DNA of 63,104 bases, filler included, from Limisphaerales bacterium (GTDB lineage: Bacteria > Verrucomicrobiota > Verrucomicrobiia > Limisphaerales > SIBE01): NCBI GenBank assembly GCA_044225505.1. It is 4 parts of 4 records of this genome, joined end to end, with 100 filler letters (N's around TTAATTAATTAA, not from the genome) between each part and the next. Parts side by side here need not be neighbours in the genome. Positions count along the whole stretch, not along the records: positions 1 to 15,758 come from JBGAIN010000184.1; 3 more parts are not named here. One strand, given 5' to 3'. Every line of letters starts with the position of its first letter. Within the stretch, counting starts at the first letter, position 1. Positions 1 to 9,367 of this stretch are shown one piece after another. Both the position numbers and the translations under genes were made by a program. The notes below the pieces were generated by a model. The model worked only from the letters and a program-made list of their open reading frames with translations, ran no database searches and had not been told where the DNA came from.

Positions 1-2
1 TT

Positions 3-827
3 AGAGTCTTTCCCGGCGGCAAAGGGGCAAATCAAGCCTACGCCTGCGGCAAGCTGGGCGCGGCGGTTTCAATGATCGGACGAGTGGGTAGCGATGGCCA
101 AGCGGAAGGCTTGCGTCGGAACCTGGCCGACGTAAATGTTAACGTGGATCATGTGCAGTCGGTTGCGGGGATCAGCACGGGTGTTGCAACGATCACGATT
201 GACCGTCACGGCCAGAACCAGATCATTATTGTCCCAGGCGCCAACGGGGCGTTTGACGTCACCCAACTCCAACGAAGCGCGCCGGTGATTGCGAAGGCTG
301 GAATCCTGCTGCTCCAGTTGGAGATCCCAGTCGAGACGGTTTTGGCGGCCGCCCAGGTTGCGCGCAAGTCCGGTGCGATTGTGATTCTGGATCCAGCTCC
401 GGCGCGCAAGTTGCCCGATGAACTCCTGGCTTGCGCAGACTACCTAACGCCCAACGAAACGGAATTGGCGGTTTTGGCTGGAGTTCCGCCCGCGGCATGG
501 AGTCCACGGGAAGCCTCGCTCATTGCCCGCAAACTCATGGACCGCGGTGCGCGCAAGATCATCGTCAAAATGGGTTCGCAAGGTGCCGTCCTGGTGACTC
601 GCCATGAGGAGCATTTCTGGCCGGCGAGACCGGTAAAGGCCGTCGATAGCACCGCGGCAGGCGACGCTTTCAATGGCGCTTTCGCAGCCGCGTTGGCCCG
701 GGAAGAATCGGAGATAGAGGCTGGGGCGTTCGCCACGGCTGCGGCAGCTCTATCTGTCACGCGTGCTGGGGCGCAGCCGAGTATGCCGTCTGCCGACGAG
801 GTGGCCGCATTCCTCCGGGCCGGTTGA
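3..827 (+). CDS. rbsK: Ribokinase (PfkB family), 5' end outside the window
   Basis: Frame is open from the window start (FPGGKGANQA); PfkB motifs PNETE and DSTAAGDAF. Confidence 0.9.
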   Translation, partial: RVFPGGKGANQAYACGKLGAAVSMIGRVGSDGQAEGLRRNLADVNVNVDHVQSVAGISTGVATITIDRHGQNQIIIVPGANGAFDVTQLQRSAPVIAKAGILLLQLEIPVETVLAAAQVARKSGAIVILDPAPARKLPDELLACADYLTPNETELAVLAGVPPAAWSPREASLIARKLMDRGARKIIVKMGSQGAVLVTRHEEHFWPARPVKAVDSTAAGDAFNGAFAAALAREESEIEAGAFATAAAALSVTRAGAQPSMPSADEVAAFLRAG

Positions 828-842
828 GTAATTGCGGTCGCT

Positions 843-1352
843 TTACGTGAGCAGCAGCGTGGCAACAAAAAGTGTGAGGTTAACGTAGACGGCGGCAAGT
901 AAATCATCAACGGTCACGCCCCACCCACCCGGCAACTGCTGGCTCTGTCGCACGGGCCACGGCTTGGCGATGTCAAAGACCCGGAACGCGATGAAGGTGC
1001 CGACGGTCCACCACACGGTTTCCCGGGCAATAAGCCAGTAAGGTGGGGGTAGATGCCCAAATTTCGCGATGAATCCGGCCAGAGTGCCTCCGAAGCAAAG
1101 GGGTATCGCCGCAATCTCGTCGAGCACGACCGATCCAGGGTCGGTGCGACCGAGGATCCTTTCCGCCTCGCCGCAAAACCAGACGGAAGCGGCTATGCCC
1201 AAGAGGCTTCCGAGGACGTAAGCCCAGAGCGCGCCGGTAGCTAGCAGAGCGGCCACCCAGACTAACCCCAACAAAGAGCCAAACGTTCCGGGGCTACCGG
1301 GGATCCGCCCGATGTAAAACCCCTGGGCAACCCACACGACGAGGGCGTTCAT
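843..1352 (-). CDS. pgpA: Phosphatidylglycerophosphatase A
   Basis: PGTFGSL, DPGSVVLDE, FRVFDIAKPWP and GGWGVTVDDLLA motifs; overlaps pgsA by 4 nt. Confidence 0.92.
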   Translation of the reverse strand: MNALVVWVAQGFYIGRIPGSPGTFGSLLGLVWVAALLATGALWAYVLGSLLGIAASVWFCGEAERILGRTDPGSVVLDEIAAIPLCFGGTLAGFIAKFGHLPPPYWLIARETVWWTVGTFIAFRVFDIAKPWPVRQSQQLPGGWGVTVDDLLAAVYVNLTLFVATLLLT

Positions 1353-2026
1353 GAGCCGTGTCCCAGGTCGTCCAGGTAGAGTAAGCGATTACGCCAAAGA
1401 TAAACGGCGCCGGACGTGAAGGTCAGAATCACGCTCAGCCACTTGGCGACTTCGGTAAACGCCGGCACCCACCAAGCGAAGACCGGTTGGGTCCAGCTTC
1501 CCCATTCCGGGAAGCTTACGAGCGTTAAGACAGAAACGATTGCGACAATTTGTGAAATGGTTTTGTGCTTCCCATAGCCTTCCGCGGCCAGCACCACATT
1601 TTTCGACGCCGCCAATAGTCGCAGGCCGGTGATCGCCAGTTCCCGCGCTACGATAATCACCACCATCCAGCCTGGAACCAGATTACGATCAACGAAGGCG
1701 ATAAATGCGGAGCAGGTCAGAATCTTGTCCGCCAAAGGGTCCATGAGAATCCCGAAATTGGTGATCAGCCCATCGCGGCGAGCAATCTTTCCGTCGAAAT
1801 AGTCCGTCAGACTCGCCGCGGAGAACAAGATCAGGGCGAGTGTATTGCCCAGATGAACCTGGGCGAAGAAGACCGTAAGAAATGCGAGTGTTAGCGCAAA
1901 GCGAGAGAGCGTCAGTTTGTTCGGAAGGTTCATGCCGCGGGCGGGACGAGCACGGGCGTCCGCCTTGGCGTCTAACCCAACGGGCGTGGGGCGGGTGGCA
2001 GAGTTATCGCTGGCGGGAGTGCTCAC
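1349..2026 (-). CDS. pgsA: CDP-diacylglycerol--glycerol-3-phosphate 3-phosphatidyltransferase
   Basis: NLPNKLTLSR; CDP-alcohol motif DYFDGKIARR...G...DPLADK. Confidence 0.93.
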   Translation of the reverse strand: MSTPASDNSATRPTPVGLDAKADARARPARGMNLPNKLTLSRFALTLAFLTVFFAQVHLGNTLALILFSAASLTDYFDGKIARRDGLITNFGILMDPLADKILTCSAFIAFVDRNLVPGWMVVIIVARELAITGLRLLAASKNVVLAAEGYGKHKTISQIVAIVSVLTLVSFPEWGSWTQPVFAWWVPAFTEVAKWLSVILTFTSGAVYLWRNRLLYLDDLGHGS

Positions 2027-3675
2027 ACCGGTTCAGCGATTAAATCATAGTCGGTATGGCCGACCACTTTAACGACGGCAAACTCGCCCGTCGGCAGCTT
2101 GCCGCGAATGAAAACTCGTCCATCAATGTCCGGCGCATCCGCTTCGCCCCGGGCCACCAGATACCGCCCACGAACGGGCAGGGGAGCGGGCGACTCGAAC
2201 CGGGCCAACCCATGTTCCCATGAGCTGACGTCCGCTTTGGAAAGTTCCTTGCGACTGGCTTCCTGCTCCACCAAGACGCGAATCTGGCGGCCGATGTAGC
2301 TTTGCCCGATGGCTCGCGCCACGCGTTGCTGTTCGGCCATCGCTTTGTTTCGTCGCTCTTGCTTCACGGTGTCGGAAATCTGGCCCATCATGCTGGCCGC
2401 TCGAGTTCCATCTTCATGCGAGTACGTAAACACGCCCATCCGTTCAAACCGGGACTCCCGAATAAACTGCAGCAGAGTGTCAAAGCAACCGTCTGTCTCC
2501 CCCGGAAAGCCCACAATGAATGTGGTGCGCAGGGCAATCCCAGGAATGCCTGTGCGAATCCGTGCAATCAAGTCCACAATGAATTCCTGCGACGTCTCGC
2601 GGCGCATACGTTCCAACATGTTGGGATGAATATGCTGGAGGGGCATGTCGACGTAGCGCGCGACCTTGGGACACTCGCGGATCGTTCGAATGAGCTCGTC
2701 CGTCCAATGCGCCGGGTGGGTGTAAAGCAAGCGTATCCAAAACTCGCCCGGTAAATCGTTTAAAGCCCTCAACAATGTGCAGAGCGTCGGTGTATCCTGC
2801 GGCAGATTACGCGCCGCGGTGCGAAAGCGCTCCGGGGATGCAATCGACCCTTGACGATTGGGCCTTAGATCCAGCCCGTAATAGGTCGAATCCTGGGATA
2901 TCAAATCGAGCTCTTTGACTCCTTCGGCCAGCAACTGCCGCGCTTCCGCAACAACGTCGTCGAGGGTCCGGCTCCGATGCGCGCCACGCATTCGCGGGAT
3001 CGTGCAGAAGCTGCACGGGTGATTGCATCCTTCCGCGATTTTCAGGTAGGCAAAGTGCCGCGGAGTCAGGCGAAACCGAGGCGTTGCATAATCCGGGATG
3101 TACTGCGGACGCACTGTCACATGGACGGCCGGCTCGGCCGACCTCGCTGCGGGAGAGGCGTCGCTGTGCGAATGATCGTGGGTTCCGTTCCCTTGACCGA
3201 CGCTGTTCGCTTCGCTGGTTTCGGCCAGACGTGCCACCACCTTGCGCGCTTGTGTTTTGCCGCGCGTTACGGTGCGGCGTTGGGCTCGATGCTCCACGGC
3301 TTCCCGGACGATTTGGGCTACTTGGGCGACCTGGTCGATCCCCATAAAGGCGTCGACTTCGGGAAGCAACTTGGGAAGCTCCTCACGAAACCGCTGCGGA
3401 AGGCAACCGGAGACTACCAATCCTTGGCCACGGTTGTGGGCCTCGCGCAGTTCGGCCGACTCCAAGATGGTGTCGACACTCTCCTCTTGCGCCGCGTCAA
3501 TGAACGAGCAGGTGTTGACAATCAGGACGTCGGCTGTCGCGGCATCATTGGTGATCTCCATGCCGTCCTTGGCCAGGGAGCCCAGCATGATCTCGGCATC
3601 GACCAGGTTCTTGGCGCAACCTAGAGAGATCATCCCGACTCGCAGAGATCGTGGTTTTGTGCGGGCAGTTTTCAC
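2023..3675 (-). CDS. rimO: Ribosomal protein S12 methylthiotransferase (start uncertain)
   Basis: SLGCAKNLVDAE, NTCSFI, radical SAM CNHPCSFC, C-terminal TRAM domain with APDIDG. Confidence 0.93.
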   Translation of the reverse strand: MKTARTKPRSLRVGMISLGCAKNLVDAEIMLGSLAKDGMEITNDAATADVLIVNTCSFIDAAQEESVDTILESAELREAHNRGQGLVVSGCLPQRFREELPKLLPEVDAFMGIDQVAQVAQIVREAVEHRAQRRTVTRGKTQARKVVARLAETSEANSVGQGNGTHDHSHSDASPAARSAEPAVHVTVRPQYIPDYATPRFRLTPRHFAYLKIAEGCNHPCSFCTIPRMRGAHRSRTLDDVVAEARQLLAEGVKELDLISQDSTYYGLDLRPNRQGSIASPERFRTAARNLPQDTPTLCTLLRALNDLPGEFWIRLLYTHPAHWTDELIRTIRECPKVARYVDMPLQHIHPNMLERMRRETSQEFIVDLIARIRTGIPGIALRTTFIVGFPGETDGCFDTLLQFIRESRFERMGVFTYSHEDGTRAASMMGQISDTVKQERRNKAMAEQQRVARAIGQSYIGRQIRVLVEQEASRKELSKADVSSWEHGLARFESPAPLPVRGRYLVARGEADAPDIDGRVFIRGKLPTGEFAVVKVVGHTDYDLIAEPV

Positions 3676-3744
3676 AAGACGCCAGAACCTACGGAAGCAC
3701 CGAGACCAACGCAAAGCAAATGTTGGCTCTGTCCGGAGTGGGCC

Positions 3745-4245
3745 CTAGCGCGCGGGCGCCGTCAAGGGCAGCACCTCTCCGACGTTGGCCGAGGAGGGTT
3801 GGTAAAGCCCTGGTCCTAAACCCGCCAGAGGGTCAGTGGCTCGATGCACTCGCCAGGCTCGGTAACTTACGACGGAAATGTAAAGGACGAGCGCCACGCC
3901 CGTGACCAGTAAGGTGATGCCCCATTTCACTTTGGACAGCTGGAGCATCAACAGATCCACGGGTGTCGGCGCGGGCTTCGCGAACTGAGTCGACTCTTGC
4001 AGGCGTGTTGATTGCCCAAGCTCCGCTTCTAAATCCGTCAGAATCCCGGCCGGCTCGAGCCGCAGGAGGATCGCATAGCTCCGAACGAATCCACGAACGT
4101 AGACGGGGGCCGCAAAGACGTCGTAATCGCCTTCTTCCAAAGCACGGACGTGATCCGACCGGAGCTTGGTTCGCTCTGCAACCTGCGCGATGGATAGCCC
4201 TTGCTTCTCGCGCGCGGCTTTCAACTGTTCACCAACGCTGGTCAT
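3745..4245 (-). CDS. RodZ-like HTH membrane protein (no large periplasmic domain)
   Basis: GEQLKAAREKQGLS...ALEEG...YVRGFVRSYA followed by one TM helix; typical rodZ-rimO-pgsA context. Confidence 0.8.
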   Translation of the reverse strand: MTSVGEQLKAAREKQGLSIAQVAERTKLRSDHVRALEEGDYDVFAAPVYVRGFVRSYAILLRLEPAGILTDLEAELGQSTRLQESTQFAKPAPTPVDLLMLQLSKVKWGITLLVTGVALVLYISVVSYRAWRVHRATDPLAGLGPGLYQPSSANVGEVLPLTAPAR

Positions 4246-4470
4246 TCCAGTTAAGTAAGCCTTCTCCACGGACGTTTGGCAATCTTAGAAGTGCATAGTG
4301 CCCGCTGGCGGGCATAAGTTAAAAGTGGGTGAGGTCAGCCGCAATATACTCCACGGGGCGCGTCTATGGCGAGTCCGACGAAGCCTAGCCGCAGCGCCCC
4401 CCCCCTCAGGCCGCACCTTCGGGAAGGCTTTCAAGCAGCGATCCATCCGGTTAGGCTCGGCGGGAGATTG

Positions 4471-5973
4471 TTACCCAGTCCCTTTTTTGATGGCCTTGAG
4501 CAGCTGCGCTTCGGGCTTCGTCCCGTAATAGCGATCGAGCGGATAACAACCGCTAATTAATCCGTTTCGCGGCCCGGTCGTACAATCGCTGAACGTCCGA
4601 CAAAGGAGCTTCGTTTGCAGTGTTCCTTTCTCGAGAGCGTCCGCAAAAATGCTTGGATACGAAAGGATCATCCGCCCGATCCCCACCACGTCGGTCCAGC
4701 GTTCCCGGAGGACGGCTTGCGCGACGTGGGGCAGGTATTCCTGGAGGTAACTATATGCCGTCCCGACCAGCAGCATGGGGACCGAGCTCGGTGACGCGGT
4801 TTTATCGAGTCGCTGACGCACTTGTCGCACGGCATCGATCTGACGAGCGACGCCAACCAGCGGATCTTCCGGGGGTTGATACCCGTCGCTAGGCGGGTAA
4901 ACCGCAGGCCGCTGAATATGCGGGTTGTAGTAAGGGGATCCGGCCGTCAGGTTCAAGACCTTGACTCCTAGATTCCGGCACAGTTCCGCAAACTGAAAGG
5001 TCTCCGCCAGGTCTGGCTCAATCGGGTTCGACGCATTGGCGCCAAAGGCAAACGGGTAAGGCAGCTCACGTGGATCTTCTGGAATGCCTCGCCCAGGTTT
5101 GCCAGGAATCGATTCGGCTGGGTCTGGCCTAAAGGGCAGGAAATCAAAGGCACTCAAGCGAACTCCGATTTCGATGGGGTTACCGTTGGCCCGAATGCGC
5201 GTCACGATTTCTCGGAGGATTCGAGTCCGGTTTTCGAACGGACCGCCATACGGCCCCGGCCGGTTTCGAGCACTCAGGAACTCGTGCAGCAGGTAGCCAT
5301 GGCAATGCTTGATATCCACAAAGTCCGCACCGACATCCCACGCGATTTTGGCAGCGCGAACATAATCATCGATCAAGACGTCAACCTCACTATCCGTCAG
5401 GACCTGACTGTCCGACGAGACGCCAAACCTGGGGTCGAGCAGCGGATGTCGATACGCCACGCGGGGTTCAAGGCGCTTTTTGTCACGTGGCTTGCAGAAC
5501 CGGCCCGAGTGTGTGAGCTGAAAACCGATCACCAGGTCGTCCGCCGAGCCGAACTGCTTCACATGCGCCTCCTCCAAGATTTGTCGCAGTTCAGCTAAAT
5601 CTCCCTTCGTTTCGGGAAGCAACGCCAGTTGGTTGGGATTCGCACGCGCTTCCAAGTTCACAGCCATGGCTTCGCCGCCGCAAATCAGTTTGGCGCCGCT
5701 CTCGCCGAAACGCTGCCAACGCCTTCGGACGTCGTCGGTGATCCCACCCGTGACGGTGCCATCCCAGCCTTCCATCGGATGAATGGCATACCGATTGCCA
5801 ATCTGTTTTCCGTTGATGCGGACCTGTGAGATCGGTTGTGCCACGGGCGACGCCATTCCCGTCGCAATCTGATCGTCGCAAGGGATGGAGATTTGAAGCT
5901 CGGCCATGCGCGCCCGGAGTTCAGAAACCGTTTTCAGGGCGGGAATGCGCACAATGTGGGTTGGTTCAGGCAT
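4471..5973 (-). CDS. NADH:flavin oxidoreductase (Old Yellow Enzyme family)
   Basis: PMEGWD, QLTHSGR, HCHGYLLHEFLS, YGGPFENRTR. Confidence 0.88.
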   Translation of the reverse strand: MPEPTHIVRIPALKTVSELRARMAELQISIPCDDQIATGMASPVAQPISQVRINGKQIGNRYAIHPMEGWDGTVTGGITDDVRRRWQRFGESGAKLICGGEAMAVNLEARANPNQLALLPETKGDLAELRQILEEAHVKQFGSADDLVIGFQLTHSGRFCKPRDKKRLEPRVAYRHPLLDPRFGVSSDSQVLTDSEVDVLIDDYVRAAKIAWDVGADFVDIKHCHGYLLHEFLSARNRPGPYGGPFENRTRILREIVTRIRANGNPIEIGVRLSAFDFLPFRPDPAESIPGKPGRGIPEDPRELPYPFAFGANASNPIEPDLAETFQFAELCRNLGVKVLNLTAGSPYYNPHIQRPAVYPPSDGYQPPEDPLVGVARQIDAVRQVRQRLDKTASPSSVPMLLVGTAYSYLQEYLPHVAQAVLRERWTDVVGIGRMILSYPSIFADALEKGTLQTKLLCRTFSDCTTGPRNGLISGCYPLDRYYGTKPEAQLLKAIKKGTG

Positions 5974-6081
5974 GGATGGCGGCGTGCTAAGGCGAGAGTG
6001 TGCCTTTCTTTTTTATTGGAAATCAAGCGATCTCCTCATTTCGCATCGACAGTTTCGTGCTGGCCCTACTATAACAACTTC

Positions 6082-6378
6082 ATGAGAACCAGGATCGTGA
6101 CGTTTTGTTGTGTCCTTGCCCTTTTACTCGCTCAAGTGCCGCAGACGAACGCCGTCGAAGACGGGAGCGCGGAGGCGATCGCTGCGGATGTGCTCGTCGT
6201 ACGCCCCGCGTGCTTTGCCATGACCATCATTGGCTCGGCCTTGTTTATTGTCGCGCTACCCGTGGCGGCGATTTCCAAGAGCACCCGGAAGACTGCCCAC
6301 GCGTTGGTCGTCCGGCCAGCACGGGCTACTTTTACGAGACCGGTAGGAGACATGAGCGATCTCGAGAGTGCCGATTGA
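6082..6378 (+). CDS. Small exported/membrane hypothetical protein
   Basis: ATG at 6082 gives a signal peptide followed by hydrophobic DVLVVRP...ALPVAA. Confidence 0.7.
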   Translation: MRTRIVTFCCVLALLLAQVPQTNAVEDGSAEAIAADVLVVRPACFAMTIIGSALFIVALPVAAISKSTRKTAHALVVRPARATFTRPVGDMSDLESAD

Positions 6379-6609
6379 TCCGGCCGAGCCGGTCTCATAC
6401 TCGCTGGCTGGTGACGATTTGTCTCCGAACGTCCGGTCTGACTCCGAGCGGACAATGGAACGTCAGTGCTGGCCCGTGCAGGCCAGCTTGTCGTCCACGA
6501 GGCGAGCGCCTTCCGGTCCGTGGGCCTTAAACAGAAACAGGGAGGGGAGAACGGCTTTCGCGGTCGCCGATCGCTTTACGGGGCTGTATCCGTGAGGTAA
6601 CGTCCCTTC

Positions 6610-7089
6610 ATGGAAGGATTGATCCTGCGGTTCATAGCCTTGGTTCCCCTTTGCGCGTTGCTCGGCGGTTGTGCAGCGGTCGCACCGCTGGCTTCCGGTT
6701 TGACGGGCACAGCCCCTTCCGCAGACGTCGAGGTCCACAGTCAAACGGTCCTGCGCCTTGATCAGGGCAATTTCGTCACCCTCCGGACCAATGCTGTCGG
6801 GCGTAGCAAGGGATTCAAATTGCTCGGATTTATCACGCTCTACCCAGCGACTCTCGATAAAGCCATGGACCGCTTGTACGCAGATGCCCAAGCTGAGCCA
6901 GGGCGCGCCCAAACGCTCGCCCACTTGATCGTCGAACGTTCCGGTATCTACGTCATTCTCTTCTCCATCCCGAAAGTGACCGCTCGGGCGGACCTCGTGG
7001 AGTTTCTGCCTCCGGGCGATGAAAACGAAGACTCACCCCACAGTCTCGGATTGCAGCGCGTGTCACGTCCTCCTCAACGCTTCCATTAA
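6610..7089 (+). CDS. Hypothetical lipoprotein (DUF6567-like, tentative)
   Basis: Signal peptide ending in lipobox-like LGGC; coherent 159-aa ORF. Confidence 0.65.
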   Translation: MEGLILRFIALVPLCALLGGCAAVAPLASGLTGTAPSADVEVHSQTVLRLDQGNFVTLRTNAVGRSKGFKLLGFITLYPATLDKAMDRLYADAQAEPGRAQTLAHLIVERSGIYVILFSIPKVTARADLVEFLPPGDENEDSPHSLGLQRVSRPPQRFH

Positions 7090-7236
7090 GTTGGAGCGGC
7101 ACTGTCGCTGATCGCGAGGCGCTCCTTCGTTCTCGGACGGCGCTGAGCAAAATCCAGCCTGTCGGCTCCCTCGTCCGGGAAATCCGACGCAGAATGGAAT
7201 TGCTCGCGGCGGTGGGAGTGCTAAATCGTTTCCATC

Positions 7237-8502
7237 ATGAATCACAGAATCCAATGGCCGGCACTCTGCTTGTGGGCTTTCACCACACTAGCGGTTGCTC
7301 AAGAGAAGTCCTTTCAATTGAAGGACGGTGACCGCGTGGTGTTTTATGGGGATAGCATCACAGACCAGCGCCTTTACACGACGTTCGCTGAAACTTACGT
7401 CGTCACTCGGTTCCCGAAGCTCGACGTGAGTTTTGTGCACTCAGGTTGGGGAGGTGACCGAGTCAGCGGCGGCGGCGGCGGGGCCATTGGTGTTCGTCTG
7501 GAGCGAGATGTCTTCGCCTACCAGCCCACCGTCATGACGGTGATGCTCGGAATGAATGACGGTTCCTACCGAGCGTTTGATCAGGAGATATTTGATAAGT
7601 ACTCCAAAGGTTACGAGCACATCGTAGATGCCGTCAAAGCGGCCCGCCCAAATCTCAAGCTCACGTTAATCCAGCCGTCTCCGTTCGATGACGTGACGCA
7701 ACCCCCGCGGTTTGAAGGAGGGTACAATCAGGTTCTGGTCCGTTATGGCGAATTTGTGAAAGAGTTGGCCAAGAGCCAGGGCGCTGGGGTGGCCGATCTG
7801 AATGGACCGGTCGTGGCGGCTCTCGAAAAAGCCAAAGCAACGGATGCCGAACTTGCCAAGAAAATCATTCCCGATCGCGTCCATCCAGGACCGGCTGGCC
7901 ACTTGTTGATGGCGGCGGAATTGCTCAAGGCTTGGAACGCACCGAAGGTCGTTGCGGCGGTCGAAATCGACGCGGCCGACGGCAAGGTGGTTCGCTCCGA
8001 ATCAACCCGCGTCTCCGCTTTGAAGGCTTCGGAGAGCGTGACCTGGACGCAGCTCGATACCGCTCTTCCTTGGCCGATTGAGACGAACGACACGGTCATG
8101 GCACTGGCCGTTTCTTCCTCGGACGTCATGGCTGCTCTTAACCAAGAGCCCTTGAAGGTCACCGGCCTCAAGGCCGCCAAATACCAGTTGAGCATTGACG
8201 GCGCCGCCGTGGGCGAGTTTACCAAAGAGCAATTGGCTGAGGGAATCAATCTGGCCTCAATCTCCACCCCAATGCTCAAGCAGGCCGCCGACGTCCATCG
8301 TCTTACTTTGCAGCACAATAACTTGCACGCTGCTCGCTGGCGCCAGGTTCAAGTCCCCCTCGCCAGTTACACTTCCGAAAAGGTCAAATCCGCCGTCAAA
8401 GACTTAATGGCCGCGTTGGATGACGAAGAAAGCGCTGTGATCAAGCGTCAACGGGCGGCAGCACAACCCGTTGAACACCGGTTCGATCTCACCCCTCTCT
8501 GA
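7237..8502 (+). CDS. Secreted SGNH/GDSL hydrolase
   Basis: Signal peptide; GDSIT, GMND and DRVHP blocks. Confidence 0.88.
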   Translation: MNHRIQWPALCLWAFTTLAVAQEKSFQLKDGDRVVFYGDSITDQRLYTTFAETYVVTRFPKLDVSFVHSGWGGDRVSGGGGGAIGVRLERDVFAYQPTVMTVMLGMNDGSYRAFDQEIFDKYSKGYEHIVDAVKAARPNLKLTLIQPSPFDDVTQPPRFEGGYNQVLVRYGEFVKELAKSQGAGVADLNGPVVAALEKAKATDAELAKKIIPDRVHPGPAGHLLMAAELLKAWNAPKVVAAVEIDAADGKVVRSESTRVSALKASESVTWTQLDTALPWPIETNDTVMALAVSSSDVMAALNQEPLKVTGLKAAKYQLSIDGAAVGEFTKEQLAEGINLASISTPMLKQAADVHRLTLQHNNLHAARWRQVQVPLASYTSEKVKSAVKDLMAALDDEESAVIKRQRAAAQPVEHRFDLTPL

Positions 8503-8830
8503 TCGAAGATCGGTCTCCCTGGGTCCCTCTCCGCAGAGCGGACCCGGGACTTAGAAATCGACGATGGCCCCCGGGTTTGACCTGGACGATGGTAACGCTG
8601 GTGCCCTTGGGTCCGCGCTTGCTTTTGAGGTCACCTCCGGGCTAATGAGGCACGTGCGGACCCAGGATCCCGGCGCACCCGTCGCTTTGAATGCGTGAAT
8701 TGCCTCGATTTTCGGGTGGATCATTGGAAATCAACGAATTAGGTGGGATTCACGCGTCCACCTCGCCGCAACTTCTGACGAACCTTTGTCGCTCCGGATA
8801 CGCTGTAAAGCCATCCTTCTACCGCTGCTG

Positions 8831-8869
8831 ACCCACAGGTCACCCACTCCAAGTGGGTGACCTGTGGGT
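8831..8869. repeat. Perfect 18-bp inverted repeat with 3-nt loop
   Basis: ACCCACAGGTCACCCACT-cca-AGTGGGTGACCTGTGGGT; imperfectly extendable to about 8812-8884. Confidence 0.85.
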
Positions 8870-8909
8870 TACCAGCGAAGGATGACCGAAACGTGGGCGA
8901 GTCAGGAAC

Positions 8910-9095
8910 GGTTGTTCCGCATTTTTCGACGATCGGGCGAGGCGGGAAATGTGGCGGCAAACGGCTGATAAAGAGTGATTTGTGCGCTGTCAGAGGCAAA
9001 ATCGCCCCCACCTGCCGTAGCCAGGGCCGACATGCCGGAGGCATGACCGAGAACAGAGGGAACCGCTTCTGTTCCATCGAAAACAGCGAAAAACC
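8910..9095. mobile_element. Degenerate short relative of the MITE at 14443-14801
   Basis: Exact 18-mer GACATGCCGGAGGCATGA (9029-9046 = 14525-14542); right end GAGGGAACCGCTTCTGTTCCATCGAAAACAG resembles GAGGGAACAGCTTCTATCCCACTGAAAACAG; imperfect inverted ends. Confidence 0.55.
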
Positions 9096-9172
9096 CTCGA
9101 CTCGTTCCGGAAGTTTCGCAATTGGTACGTTTCTGGTTGACCTGAAGCCTAAAAGGGTCTAGGAGTTCACGC

Positions 9173-9247
9173 GTGAATTGCAGCCTACTAGGCCGACTGT
9201 CTCTGCTTCTGGCTCTGCCTCTGCGCAGACCGGCAGTCGGGCTTTAG
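9173..9247 (+). CDS. Leucine attenuator leader peptide, 24 aa (MNCSLLGRLSLLLALPLRRPAVGL)
   Basis: GTG start 7 nt after AGGAG; 9 Leu codons including tandem CTA CTA; lies just upstream of a terminator and leuA. Confidence 0.85.
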   Translation: MNCSLLGRLSLLLALPLRRPAVGL

Positions 9248-9266
9248 TGCGATTTACTAAACTTTC

Positions 9267-9305
9267 AACCCCACTGCCGAATCTGCGGCAGTGGGGTTTT
9301 TCTTT
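9267..9305 (+). terminator. Attenuator terminator of the leuA leader
   Basis: AACCCCACTGCCG-aatctg-CGGCAGTGGGGTT plus T-tract; CGGCAGT (9231-9237) can pair with ACTGCCG in the 5' arm as antiterminator. Confidence 0.88.
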
Positions 9306-9367
9306 CGCGAGCGGACGCTTGCGGCCACACTGCGGCAGGAATGGCGAACGAGATAAAGAGTAAGCGT

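Noticed and set aside
9070..9083. Verrucomicrobial LexA box (TGTTC-N4-GAACA)-like TGTTCCATCGAAAA
   Set aside because: One mismatch, lies inside a repeat end and is not upstream of an SOS gene; the TGTTC..GAACA at 16133-16152 has the wrong spacing
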